Assembly: GCF_009834535.1 (NCBI RefSeq)
Contig: NC_045697.1
Coordinates: 10,976,001 to 11,040,000, forward strand
DNA length: 64,000 nucleotides
DNA from: Camelus ferus
Taxonomy: Eukaryota
Reading direction: 5' to 3'
Shown here piece after piece: positions 13,471 to 26,135 of this stretch. Position numbers and translations under genes: made by a program. Within the stretch, counting starts at the first letter, position 1. Each line of letters begins with the position of its first letter. The notes beneath the pieces are model-generated. The model saw nothing but the letters and a program-made list of their open reading frames with translations. It searched no databases and was not told where the DNA came from.

Positions 13471-13887
13471 TGAAGTTTCTTAAAATTTTTAAGAGGATTT
13501 ACAAGAGGATTTACACTCTCACCATTATTCTTCCCGCCATTTTTAGCCAACATTTTAAAATTTGCATATATATTAAAATGAATATAATTGTTTGGAAATT
13601 AAATGAATCAATACAAGTAGAAGAAAATTCTTGGAAAGGCATCAGGCACATAATAAGAATACAACAAATTTAGCCATTATTAAAGTTTTGGCTAATCAAA
13701 CAAGACAACACCTCAGTTCCAATGAAATTCAGCAGGATCCAACCCCAAAAGCTATTTTTAATGTGATTAGATCCAGTTATTTGTCAAAGCATATGTTTCC
13801 ATGCGTGATAGACACTGTGCATATGGCCTATCATAGTGAAACAGAAAATAATACGTGTACTTAGTAGGAAAAATATAGAAGGATCAT

Positions 13888-14220
13888 TTTTATACAACAG
13901 CTTTGCTGAGATATAATTCACATAGCATACAATACACCTATTTAAAGTATATGGGTTAACTGGGTTTTAGTACATTCACGGACATTCACATAACTATGAT
14001 CAGTTTTAGAACATTTTCATCACACTCCCCCAAAACCCCATGTCCGTCAGCAATCACTCTCCTTTTCCCCCAACCACCCTCCTACCAGCCACAGGCCATC
14101 ACTAATCCACTTTCTATCTCTACAGACTTGCCCTTTCTAGACATTTCCTATAAATGATGGGGATTGCATTGAATCTATAGATCAACTTGGAAGGATTGCC
14201 CTGTTAACAATATTATCATT
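13888..14220 (-). mobile_element. L1MB-type 3' end fragment
   Basis: acagctttgctgagatataattcacata...ttttagaacattttcatcac...actaatccactttctatctct...gacatttcctataaatg. Confidence 0.75.
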
Positions 14221-14249
14221 CTTTTGCTGGTGAAAATCCAGGACAATCA

Positions 14250-15545
14250 ACTGCCAACATGTTTAACAGATCACTATAGGTACACTATAAATATAAAAAT
14301 TAGCACCTTTCATATATGTAAAAAAAATAGAGAAATAGAATGAATAGAAGTGAAAATACATATAAATTACCTAGGAATAAACTTAATTTTTAAAGTACAA
14401 AATATTTATGGAAAAAACAATGAAACTCCTCTAAGACAGAGAAAAAGAACGCAGACCAATTGGAGGGAGTTCTTATATGCAAAGACTAGAGACAGAACTG
14501 AGTTTAAGTCCTGTATCTGCCTCTAATAAGCTATGTGATTTTTAGAAAGACATATAATTTCTCTGGGTCTCATTTCTCAAGTGAGTCCCATAATAGTACT
14601 TATCCCATAAGGCTATTTTGAAAATTAAGTGAGATAATACATATGTAAGACTTTTGGAACATAGATAGTATTCATTAAACCCCAAGTACTATTATGATTG
14701 TGTATCTACAAAGATGTAAGTTCATCTCAAATTAACATAACTATTCAATCAAAATCCCAAAATAACTTTTCGTGATAAACATCATTCTAAATTTCTTTAA
14801 GAAATACAATCAGGCACAATTGCTCAAAATTTTTTTGAGAAATAAGAGAAATTGGTGAGGAGAAATTTTTTCCTATTTAATTGCTTTATATTGCATCAAT
14901 AATTCATAAAACATTATAATTATGACAATTGACAGATTGTTAAACCAGAATAGACAGCTTAGAAATAAGTTCTAGTATATTTAAGGATTTCATTAATGAC
15001 ATAAATGACATCACAAATCCATAGGCAGGGAAAAATTATTTGATGAATGATATTTACACCATTAGCTAACAATGGGAGAAGGACATAATTGTATATACTC
15101 AGCACTCCCAAGAGAAAAAAATTAAATTCCCAAATGGAACAAGAAGCCAAATGTGTAAAACAAAAGCATAAAATAAGAAGAAAATACAGCTGTATTGCCT
15201 GTCTAATCTGATACTATAGACTGACTTTCCAAGTATAAAAACAATAGAGAAAATTTTATGAAGACTATCATATGATTTTATATTCTAAAACTTTCAAACT
15301 TCTTCATAACATAAAAATCAAAAGGAAATCATAACTGGGAGAATTAAGTATCATAAATCTACTAGGCAAATAGTTACCATTGCTGTTGTAATAAAAGCAT
15401 TTGAGACTTGGAGAGAGGATAAAACTCTAAGAGAAAAATAGGCAAAGAATATGATGAAGTTTATCAAACTATGAATCATTAATAAACATATGACAAATGT
15501 TCAACCTACTGGTAATCAAAGAAATATAAATTCTAACAACAGCCA
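14250..15545 (+). mobile_element. Ancient L1M ORF2 fragment, interrupted by a MIR
   Basis: aaattacctaggaataaacttaa (KYLGINL), aaattaaattcccaaatgga (KINSKW), aaacatatgacaaatgttcaac (HMKKCS). Confidence 0.65.
14470..14695 (+). mobile_element. MIR SINE
   Basis: ctgagtttaagtcctg.atctgcc.cta..aagctatgtga...ctctgggtctcatttctca...taatagtacttatcccataagg. Confidence 0.75.
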
Positions 15546-17792
15546 TCTATCTGTATCTTAGCTGTCAGGTGCAATCACCCCACTGGAATCAAACTCCCAG
15601 TTTTACAGCCTGAGGAACCCCAGTGGCCCCATCGCCACCACTTCCATGAGCCAAAACCCTCCCCATGTCACAGCACATTGCAGTCTTTCTGCATCTGTGT
15701 TGTTCTCTCTTACCCACACCTGCCTTGAGTTGTTTTCGGGTTTTGCTGTATGCATCCCCCTTTCTTCTAGTAAGGGTGGTCTATTTCTTTTACTTCATCT
15801 TAATTGGGTAAAATATTGGTAGGACTGCAAGTCAAGGTGTTCTGTTTGCTCACCGACAGCCAAGGATGTGGCTTGTGATCCAAGGAGATCATTCAGAATA
15901 TTGCTCCCAGTGAATCGCATTGAGGGAGAAAGGAAATCTTCGACAGTGGTGGAGTCACGAAGAACACAAAACAAGAGAGTGGGCTATAACCTACCTTCGG
16001 CTGCCCCAGGTTGGGGGCCAAGGTCATGGTAGGACAGGCTTGGGGTGACCTCTAGCATAAACATGTGAATGACATCACAGTTCACTTGAAGTCCAACAGG
16101 ACCCAATCCTAGGAGGTATTCAGTAAGTGACAAAGTCCAGTGCTCGTGAAAGTCGGTGCACCCTTAAATGATCAATGTATTATCTCTGGCCTTCCATGAG
16201 TTTTACATTCAAAGGCTCAAGAAAATCTTTCCTGGTGTGGCCTCTTCTTTTCCAACTCTATTCTGCACCTGGCTCTCATAATTTGTTGTAAGAATTCAGA
16301 TTGTACCCACCACAATCTTTATTTCTGTTGTATTGTTCAGAGAGAAATGAATGATGGTCTATTTTGAGTATTAATCTTCAGTTGTTTCCATGGCTACCTG
16401 ACTCTCTTGGAAATGAAGCAGAGGGGAATAAGGGATTCAGAAGCCAGAGAACCTATATTTGGTTCTTCATGGATGAAAGATCTGAGGCTCAGGGAGGTGA
16501 AGCTATGAACCCCACTAAGGTGGGCACGAATTGGTTAAACAGTAAAACTCCAGCTGCTGTGTTTGGGAAAGAGGGAAACGTGTTTAATCATTTTTACGGC
16601 CGATGGAATAGCACCTGCCTTTCTGCTTGAAGGAGGAATCCATGTTCAGATCACACTCCAATCCGAGGGTTGGAATCGAAACCCACTGCCAACCAGATGC
16701 CAAAGGAAGAAAGGCAGATGTAGACCCTCGCAGAAACAGGGATGGGCAGGGCCAGGTGAAACATAGGGCACCCCTTCCTGGGACAGTGCCCTTTCAGAAG
16801 TATTTTCCATTAAGTGCCTCTATACACTTTATTTTTGAACAACAGTATGCAGAATCCAAGATTTTGGCCTGCAAATCTCACATTATGTCAGGAATCAAGG
16901 GAAAGCACACACCCTGGCAACTGACCTAAGACAAAGTTGCAAGAGAGACAAACTGGTGAGAACCAGGAGAATCTGAGTAGAGAGAAACCGGAACCAGAAC
17001 AAATAGAGACAACTTTTATTCACAACTGGCCTGATAATTTCACCAGTCCTTTACATTAAAAAAGTAGAAAAGTCATATCAAAATCTCTTTGCATTTAGTT
17101 TACATTTTGCTGTGTATTGTTACATTTAAGGTGGCCACCTTACCATTTTGGGTCTGAATAGCCTGATGGTTAAGGCCAAGAAAAACTTGGTGATTCTTGT
17201 ATCTTGGAGTCTGAGGAGTCCCAGGCAGTAAAAGGAAGCGCTTTCCTGACCAAATTTTGAATCAGTTTAGAGTGGGATATGAGTTACATTATATGGACAT
17301 CAACAGAATACCTTATTATGAACAATGCTGAGATGGAGAATGTGGCTTTTATCTGCAGGCAAGCAGCCTTCCCAGACTGAATCAGGGAGACATAGCCATA
17401 CAGTCAGAGGTGGCCCTGCAGCCCTGAAGACCTCCTGGGAAGACCTGCTTCCCCACGTGACAGTAAGCTTAGCCGGGCCCCACGAGCCAGCAGAATGTGC
17501 ACTTTCTCCACAAGAGCAAGAAGAGAGCGAAAGAGCTGCATCTGGTTTTCATTCTTAAAGTCATCCTTCCAGTAAGATTCCTCACTGCCCAGGCGGGAGG
17601 GTTGAGGGAGTTGAAGGGCATCAAGCAAGTGGATTTCCTTCCACAAGGAATGGGAAGCATAAATCCATTACCCCCCCACTCCAAAGTTAGGATCCAAAGA
17701 TTAATTATTTTTTAAACCCAGTATTTTTACAAAAGCCGATTTCCCTGGTCCTAAGACTTGCATTCTCAGTACTGTAATCTGAACTGCCTTTT

Positions 17793-17875
17793 TTATGGTT
17801 CTTTTTTTTTTCTTTTTTAATATATAGTTTTTCTTTCTAATTTCTGGGGTTTTTTTGGGGGGAGGTGGTAATTAG
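17793..17875 (-). mobile_element. Vic-1-type SINE 3' tail (partner of the head at 10308-10400)
   Basis: The minus strand reads (AAATAAACAAAC)CTAATTACCACCTCCCCCCAAAA..., then an A-rich tail, then AAAAGGCAGTTCA at 17792-17780. Confidence 0.8.
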
Positions 17876-17887
17876 GTTTGTTTATTT

Positions 17888-20607
17888 TTTTTTCTTTTTT
17901 TTACATTTTTTTTATTGAGTTATAGTCATTTTACATTGTTGTGTCAAATTCCAGTGTAGAGCACAATTTTTCAGTTATACGTGAACATACATATATTCAT
18001 TGTCACATTTTTTTCACTATGAGCTACCACAAGATCTTATATATATTTCCCTGTGCTATACAGTATAATCTTGTTTATCTGTTCTGCATATGCTTGTCAG
18101 TATCCACAAATTTTGAAATCCCAGTCTGTCCCTTTCCACCCACCCTGCTCCCTTGGCAATCACGAGTTGTATTCTATGTCTATGAGTCTGTTTCTGTTTT
18201 GTATTTATGTTCTTTATTTTTTTCTTTTTTTTTTTAAGATTCCACATATGAGCAATCTCATATGGTATTTTTCTTTCTCTTTCTGGCTTACTTCACTTAG
18301 AATGACATTCTCCAGGGACATCCATGTTGCTGCAAATGGCATTATGTTGTCGGTTTTTATGGCTGAATAGTATTCCAGTGTATAAATATACCACTACTTC
18401 TTTATCCAGTCATCTGTTGATGGACATTTAGGCTGTTTCCATGTCTTGGCTATTGTAGATAGTGCTGCTATGAACATTGGGGTGCAGGTGTCTTTCTGAA
18501 GTAGGGTTCCTTCTGGATATATGCCCAGGAGTGGGATTCCTGGGTCATATGGTAAGTCTATTCCTAGTCTTTTGAGGAATCTCCATACTGTTTTCCACAG
18601 TGGCTGCACCAAAACAAACTGCATTCCCACCAGCAGTGTAAGAGGGTTCTCTTTTCTCCACAGCCTCTCCAGCGTTTGTCATTTGTGGACTTTTGAATGA
18701 TGGCCATTCTGACTGGTGATACCTCATCATAGTTTTGATTTGCATTTCTCTGATAATTAGTGATATTGAGCATTTTTTCATGTGCCTACTGATCATTTGT
18801 ATTTTTTCCTTGGAGAATTGCTTGTTTCGGTCTTGTGCCCATTTTTGGATGGGGTTGTTTGTTTTTTCCTTATGAAGTCATATGAGCTGCTTATATATTC
18901 TGGAGATCAAGCCTTTGTCGATTTCATCGTTTGCAAAAATTTTCTCCCATTCCGTAGGTTGTCGATTTGTTTTACTTATGGTTTCCTTTGCTGTGCAGAA
19001 GCTTGTACATTTCATTAGGTCCCATTTGTTTATTCTTGCTTTTATTTCTATTGCTTCGGTAGACTGCCCTAGGAGAACATTTTTGAGATGTATGTGAGAT
19101 AATGTTTTGCCTATATTTTCTTCTAGGAGGTTTATTGTATCTTGTCTTATGTTTAAGTCTTTGATCTATTTTGAGTTTATTTTTGTGTATGGTATAAGGG
19201 AGTGTTCTAGCTTCATTGATTTACATGCTGCTGTCCAGTTTTCCCAAGAGCATTTGCTGAAGAGACTGTCTTTATTCCATTGTATATTCTTGCCTCCTTT
19301 GTCGAAGATTTAGTTGACCAAAAGTTTGTGGGTTCATTTCTGGGCTCTCTATTCTGTTCCATTGACCTATATGTCTGTTTTTGTACCAATACCATGCTGT
19401 CTTGATGACTGTAGCTCTATAGTATTGTCTGAAGTCTGGGAGAGTTATTCCTCCAGCCTCTTTCTTTCTCTTCAGTAATGCTTTGGCAATTCTAGGTCTT
19501 TTGTGGTTCCATATAAATTTTATTATGATTTGTTCTAGTTCTGTGAAATATGTCCTGGGTAATTGGATAGGGATTGCACTAAATCTGTAGATTGCCTTGG
19601 GCAGTGTGACCATTTTTAACAATACTGATTCTTCCAATCAAGGAGCCTGGGATATCTTTCCATTTTTTAAAGTCTTCTTTAATTTCCTTCATCAGTGGTT
19701 TATAGTTTCCCATGTATAAGTCTTTCACCTCCTTGGTTAGATTTATTCCTAGGTATTTTATTACTTTGGGTGCTATTTTAAAGGAGATTGTTTCTTTACT
19801 TTCTTTTTCTGTTGATTCATCATTAGTGTAAAGAAATGCAACTGATTTTTTGAACGTTAATCTTGTAACCTGCTACCTTGCTGAATTCTTTGATTAGTTC
19901 TGGTAGTTTTTGTGTGGACCTTTTAGGGTTTTCTATATATAGTATCATGTCATCTGCATATAGTGACACTTTTACCTCTTCTTTTCCAGTTTAGATCCCT
20001 TTTATTTCTCTCTCTTGCCTGATTGCTGTGGCTAGGACTTCCAAGACTATGTTGAATGGGAGTGGTGAGAGTGGGCAGCCTTGTCTTGTCCCAGCTTTTG
20101 AGTTTTTCACTGTTGAGTACTATGCTGGCTGTAGGTTTGTCATATATAGATTTTATCATGTTGAGATATGTTCCCTCTATACCCACTTTGGTAAGAGTTT
20201 TTAATCATAAATGGGTGTTGAATTTTATCATATGCTTTTCTGCATCTATTGAGTCGATCATGTGGTTTTGTCCTTTCTCTTGTTGATGTGATGTATTACA
20301 TTGATTGATTTGAGTATGTTGAACCACCCTTGTGTCCCTGGGATGAACCCCACTTGATCATGATGTATATAATCTTTTTTATATGCTGTTGGATTCTATT
20401 TGCTAGTATTTTGGTGAGGATTTTTGCATCCTATGTTCATCAGTGATATTGGTCTGTAATTCTCTTTTTTGGTAGTGTCTTTGCCTAGTTTTGGTATCAG
20501 GGTGATGGTGGCTTCATAGAATGAGTTTGGAAGTATTCCCTCCTTTTCAATCTTCTGGAAGAGTTTGAGAACGACTGGTATGAGTTCTTCTTTGTATGTT
20601 TGGTATG
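17888..20607 (-). mobile_element. Young 5'-truncated L1, ~2.7 kb (ORF2 RT to poly-A); L1 copy B
   Basis: ORF pieces [32 protein letters not shown]...[23 protein letters not shown] and [14 protein letters not shown]-run at 17885-17902; near-identical to copy A over ~1.4 kb. Confidence 0.97.
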
Positions 20608-20764
20608 TGTTTCACTTTTTAACAGGAGAGTTTAAACCAGTTAAGCTTATTACTGTAGCTCTTACTTTGACCTTATTTCTATTATATTGTAGTTTCTAAT
20701 TTTTATATGTTCTTGAGTCTTACTTTGTCTTTACTACAAAAAATATTAATACAAATTATTCTTA

Positions 20765-20985
20765 ATGTTAATTGATGTCTTACCATGTGACAGATGTTTT
20801 ACATATAATATTGACTTTAATTTGCAACACAACCTTTCAAGTAGGCACTACCTACATGTTCGTTTTACAGATAAGACAACAGGAAATCAGAGGAGTTAAG
20901 GATCTTGCTGAGGTCACCCAACCAGTAGGTGTCAAAGTCAGAGTGTGTGCACCTGCATCTGACTCTCCAGAGTTCAGATGCTTCC
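20765..20985 (-). mobile_element. MIR SINE
   Basis: cgttttacagataagacaacaggaaatcagaggagttaaggatcttgctgaggtcacc. Confidence 0.75.
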
Positions 20986-21971
20986 CAAAAGTACATGTTC
21001 CATTCCAAATATGTCTACTAAAAAAATCATTTCAAGTTTTGGTGTTTAGAGAAGAGAGGTGGTTTTTCTAGCTCCCAATTTTAGTAATGTATTCTCTTTT
21101 CTTCTAGTGCTTTTGCTTTTTAGTTTAAGATCTTGAATTCTTCTGAAAATTTTATATGCAGGCTAAGGTAAAGATGTGAGACAATCGTGAAAAATTATAG
21201 CCAATTGTTTAAATATTATTTAATTTCATCCTTTCCTCATGGATATACAATATCGTAAATGGGATATATGTTTCAGTGTGTTTCTGACACTTCCCCCTGG
21301 TTTGTCTGCCCCCGGGCCAGTGCCACACCATTTCACACTCTGCTTTGCTGTCTCTTGGGATCAGGTTCCACTCATGATTCTTCATTTCCAAAAAATGTCC
21401 TGGGCTGTGACTCCCAGGATTTGTTTTTTGATGGCAGTAACATCTGTTGTCCTGTTTTAAGGGCAGCAGCTAGAAGCTATTTTAAACTCGGAGTCATTTT
21501 AAATCAGAAGTTATCTTTTAACCTCTTTCCTAAGAATATGAAACAGTATTTCACCTGGATGTTTAAAATGGGGGGTCAACTTTATGCACATATTTGAAAG
21601 AAAGGAGGAAATGAAGGATTTCTGGACTCAGTGACTATCAAGATAAAACATGCTAATGTAGGCAATGTGCTCTCTTTTAGGAACTACTGTGTCCTGCCAT
21701 GAAAAAATACAGTACAGCCTGGGGATTCTGTAACCTCCTTATCCAAGTTCTGCAGTGAGAGGTAAGCAACACTCTGATGCTCTTGGGTGCTAGTAGAAGG
21801 GCAGACCCTTAGATTGAGTTAAAGTGCCCACCCCAGAGATTCCTCTCCTCACTCCAGACAACAACTTTAATTATTTGTAAAGAATCTAACACGGTACCCT
21901 TGGCAAATACAAACTCCCAAAACCCTTCTGCAGAGGTAACTGGACAGAAGGACAAATTAGCCCCAGATGTT

Positions 21972-22212
21972 TTTCTTTCTTTCTTTCTTTTTTTAACTGA
22001 AGTATAGTCAGTTACAATGTGTCAATTTCTGGTGTACAGCATAATGTCCCAGTCAAACATGTATATACATATATTCGTTTTCATATTCTTTTTCATTAAA
22101 GTTTATTACAAGATATTGAATATAGTTCTCTGTAGTATACAGAAGAAATTTGTTTCTTTAATCTATTTTTATATGTAGTGGTTAATATTTGCACATCTCA
22201 AGTTCCTAATTG
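21972..22212 (-). mobile_element. Short L1 3'-end fragment (artiodactyl/camelid type)
   Basis: tttttaactgaagtatagtcagttacaatg..tcaatttctggtgtacagcata...attacaagatattgaatatagtt. Confidence 0.8.
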
Positions 22213-22654
22213 CCCTCTTGCCTTGAGCAAAACGAAGGGCGAGTCAGTTAAGACAGGCTGGATTTACCTCCATTACACAGGGAGGCTTCCACTGGGCCAA
22301 ATGAAATAATCCTTGTTCTGCCCACTGTTTGTTGCTGATGTCATTTGTCCTGAATACTTTCTAATTGGCCAAGTTAAATAGTGCTTGGTGGCTTTTTCAG
22401 GTGAGCCAGCAGCGTTCTCCTGTAACTGCAGGAGTGATGGTGTTGGAGGCAGGTGTGTAGCTGGCTTGCACAACCAGGACTCTGGTTCCTTGGGAATTTT
22501 GAGGGGCTTTCAAGGTCTCTGATGCTTGATTGTTTCTCTGAGTTAATTTTATATCTTGCACTTACCTTGGTCTTATTTAGCATAAAAGTTCAAAGCTATG
22601 GGAATAGCAAAAAAAAAAAAAAAAGCACAATCTGGGAGGTCAGTCACCCCTGGG

Positions 22655-22850
22655 ACTGGATGTCAGCTCTCTCACTTATTAGCTGGAGGTCCTTGGGCAT
22701 CTTCCTTAATGTTTCTTCAGTTCAGTTTTCCTACCTGTAAAGTGATGACATTAGCACCTCCCTATGCCGAGTGGGTATGAGGATTGTAATCAACATGTGC
22801 AAAGTGCCTAGAAGGCAAATACGCACACTAAGTTGTAGCTGTACGATTAT
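22655..22850 (+). mobile_element. MIR SINE
   Basis: cacttattagctg..ggtccttgggca...tcagttttcctacctgtaaagtg. Confidence 0.7.
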
Positions 22851-23533
22851 GAAGAAGTCTGTTTTGTTACATGGATGGATAGGTTGGCCTGGGCTCGAGG
22901 ACTTTCCCAGGAAGAGGGATGTTCAGTGTGAAAACTGGGACAGATTCAGGAAAATGGGGTTAGTCACCCTGTAATAGGGAAACAATTGTGATGAATTCCA
23001 TAGGATTCTGCCTTTGAAATGCTTGTGGTTTAGGGCGGAGATGGCCAGTCTGAGCCCCCTGCTCCTGCACAGTGGCAGGCATTGCTAACAGTTCACGCTC
23101 CTCTTCTCCCGGTGAGCTGCTCCTCACAAGCTTTCCCAGCACAAGGTCCCAGGTTGCCACAATCAACAAACTGTGTTTGATCCCTTAGATGGTGCCTAGG
23201 TTTTCCAAAATTCCCTCTTCCTACAAAATGTAAATTTCCTTTTTTTTTTTTGATCTCATTTTTGCTATAGCTAGGCCTCAGGAGTTAAATCCATTTCACA
23301 CTCATTCGTGAATTTTTGCAGATTTCTCTAAGAGCATTAACACTTTCATTAAAACATGACAGAAGAATTTGCAAACCCCAGAAGACTGAATTTAACACTT
23401 TTAGCAATTAAGAATAAAAAGAGAGAGAATGACTTATTACTGGAAAAGGGCTCAAGACACAGATAGTCAGCTCTGGAAGAGATACAGACAAAAACTTCCT
23501 CCCAAACCTGTTTGCCTAACTCAGGAATAAATA

Positions 23534-23881
23534 CAGTCATTTCTCCATATCCGCAGGTTCCACACCTGCAAATTCAACTAACGGTGTATCAAAAGCATTT
23601 GAAAAATAAATTCCAGAAAGTTCCAAAAGGCAAAACTTGAATTTGTCCACTGGCAACTATTATTTAGCATAGCATTTACATTGTATAAGACAGTATAAGG
23701 AATCTGGAAATGATTTAAAGTATAAAGGAAGATGTGCGAAGCTTATATGGAAATACTATGCCATTTAGTATAAGGGATGTGAGCATCCCAGGTGTGTGTA
23801 TGGGAAGATTGGAGGGTTGGGGGTGGGAGGGTAAAGGGGGGCACTGTCCTGGAACCAATCACCTGCTATGAGGGCTAACTG
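23534..23881 (-). mobile_element. MER2/MER2B-like TcMar-Tigger DNA transposon
   Basis: Starts TA|CAGTC and ends ..ACTG; internal ccagaaagttccaaaaggcaaaacttgaattt, agcatttacattgtat and tcctggaaccaatc. Confidence 0.75.
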
Positions 23882-25799
23882 TGTTTTCTAGAGATTCGTT
23901 GAAGGTCATTAGAAAATAAAGAAACTTTTCTTTGTCCACGATGGTAAAGTTCTGGAATGAAGAGGTATTGAAAATAAAACAGGGATGAGTGGGACCACAG
24001 CAACTGCTTCACCAGTTTTCTTAATTTATAGTTTTAATAACCTTCCAAGTGCCTTTTCTAGCTCAGTGGCTTCCAGTTTAAAAAACACCTTTATATAAAC
24101 ACCAGCAATGCTGATGCATTAGGTTTTGTTCAAAATGCAAACTCCTCAATGTCCTCAATGATCAGAGACACCATCTTGACACTAGTGATGGATCAAAGGA
24201 GGTGAAACCAGGGAGCCAATTCAGAGACCCAACCAGACACTCAGATGTGTGTACAAGCATCAGAGTGTCGTCCCCTCTGTTGTGAAGTCATTCCTGCCAA
24301 CACGAAATCACAGCATTTGCTGCCTCCCCAGGGATTTCCTGCAGCTCCCCACAGAGAGAACAGGCCTTGCAGTCATGTGCTGATTCAAACTTGACCTTGC
24401 TATTTTCTGTTTGTATCACCTGGGGCCACTTAGTCAACCTCTCTGAGCTTCAGATACAAAACTCCTGCATCTCTGGTTGTAGTGAAGGCCCAGTAAGATG
24501 CAGGGCACGACACAGTAGCACACAGTGAATGTGAGTTCCTTATCTATACGCTCCCAGAGCTTGTATTCCCAATGCTCTGTTGAGTATAGTCAGCCCCATA
24601 GGCTTGGGTAGCATTTTACGTACTTGTCTTCTATTTCAACTGTAAGCACCTTGAAGGTAGGACCAGATACAGGAATCCTCGTCAATGCTCAGCATGGTGC
24701 TGGGCACAGGGAAAATAGCCAACAGGTGAATTTCGAATTTAATACACTCATCAGCTTTCAACCAGTTTATTCATGATTATGAAATTCTAACCGGATGTAA
24801 AAAGGGAGTTGACCAGCCATAAATAAATGGCTAAATGCATTATGGTATATTCCATTAGTGGGCCATTATATTGAAATTAAAATCATGTTTTTGAAGAATA
24901 GTTAATGAGGTAGCTCATGACACAACCTTATACAAAAAGGGCAGGTCCACAATTGTCTATTCTGTATATTATCAATATTGCAATGTATATGCTCCAAGAA
25001 GAAAGAAACTGGAAGGGTATGTATCAGAATATTAGCAATAGTTATATCAAAGTAGGGGACTTACTTTCTTTTCTTCTTGTTTCTGTTTGTTCAAATGATC
25101 TACAATGAGCATATATTGCCTAACAATCAGAAAAAAAAGCCTATTTTTTTTAATGGAAGATGGAGAGGGTAGCCTATGATAAAATGAATTTCCCAAGGAT
25201 GCCGCCAATCCTGCTTTAGGGAAATTGACCTTGTTGGTCTTGCTCCCACTGTACTCCACCCCAAGTAGTTCCAGTATGGGTTGTGTTATCCTGTTGCATT
25301 AAATTCTCACCACAAGGTTAAAGAAAGAAGGAGAGAGAAGCAATTTCCAACACGTACTGGGCCACCTATTTATAAATCCCTTGTCAGATGCCCTTGAGAT
25401 GGATTAAGCAGGTTAATTGACCATTAGTCTTCACATCTGTAAAATGGGCCCCTAATGCCAACTTCCAAACACAGCTTTAAGGAGTAGAGAGCATTGGTAT
25501 AACTGATAAGAGTAGCCGACAGAAGCCCGGTTGGTAGCGCGAGTGAGCAAAATGGTTTGGGTATGGCAAGCTGGAGAGCATCCCAGCAGGGTGGCCATGA
25601 CTTGGCGCCAGCCAACTGTTACCATCCAGGGATTCAGAAGTGTGATCCCATGGTTGTTAGATCAGATTTGCTAAGAGAAGCAAGCAACTTTAATTTTTAT
25701 AGGAAGTGTATCAGTTTTTAAATGTTGGCAAATAATTAAAACTTTTCCAGACACCAGTTGACAGTGGCAGATTGGATTCCCAGTTGTTCATGCATGTCC

Positions 25800-26135
25800 G
25801 TGGCCATTGGAGCCTGCAGAGGTAGAGTGTGTCGCCCCACCCTACTGACGCCGGGGTGTCCTCATGACTTGCTTTGGCCAATGGATGCAACATGAGCAGA
25901 TGTTTGTGTGTGTGTGTGTGTGATCTGGCCTATCTCCTTTCACTTCCTCCAGAATCTTCCAAGAGAGGAGCATGCCTTGGGGATCCACTGTCCCAGAAAG
26001 GGACCTGTGGGGCAGACCTGAAATAAATAGAGTTGTCCTAGATGACTCACAGTCCCATGAGTGAGAACAATAAAATGCCTGTGGTCATAAGCTGCTGAGA
26101 TTTGGAGATCATGACAAAGCAAAACCCAACTCATG
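25800..26135 (+). mobile_element. MLT1 (I/J-like) LTR
   Basis: catgacttgctttggccaatgga...catgagtgagaacaataaaatgcctgtgg..taagc..ctgagatttggag. Confidence 0.7.

Noticed and set aside
10407..20286. Many 60-144 aa ORFs on both strands
   Set aside because: They are fragments or antisense frames of 5'-truncated, frameshifted L1 ORF2; neither L1 is autonomous.
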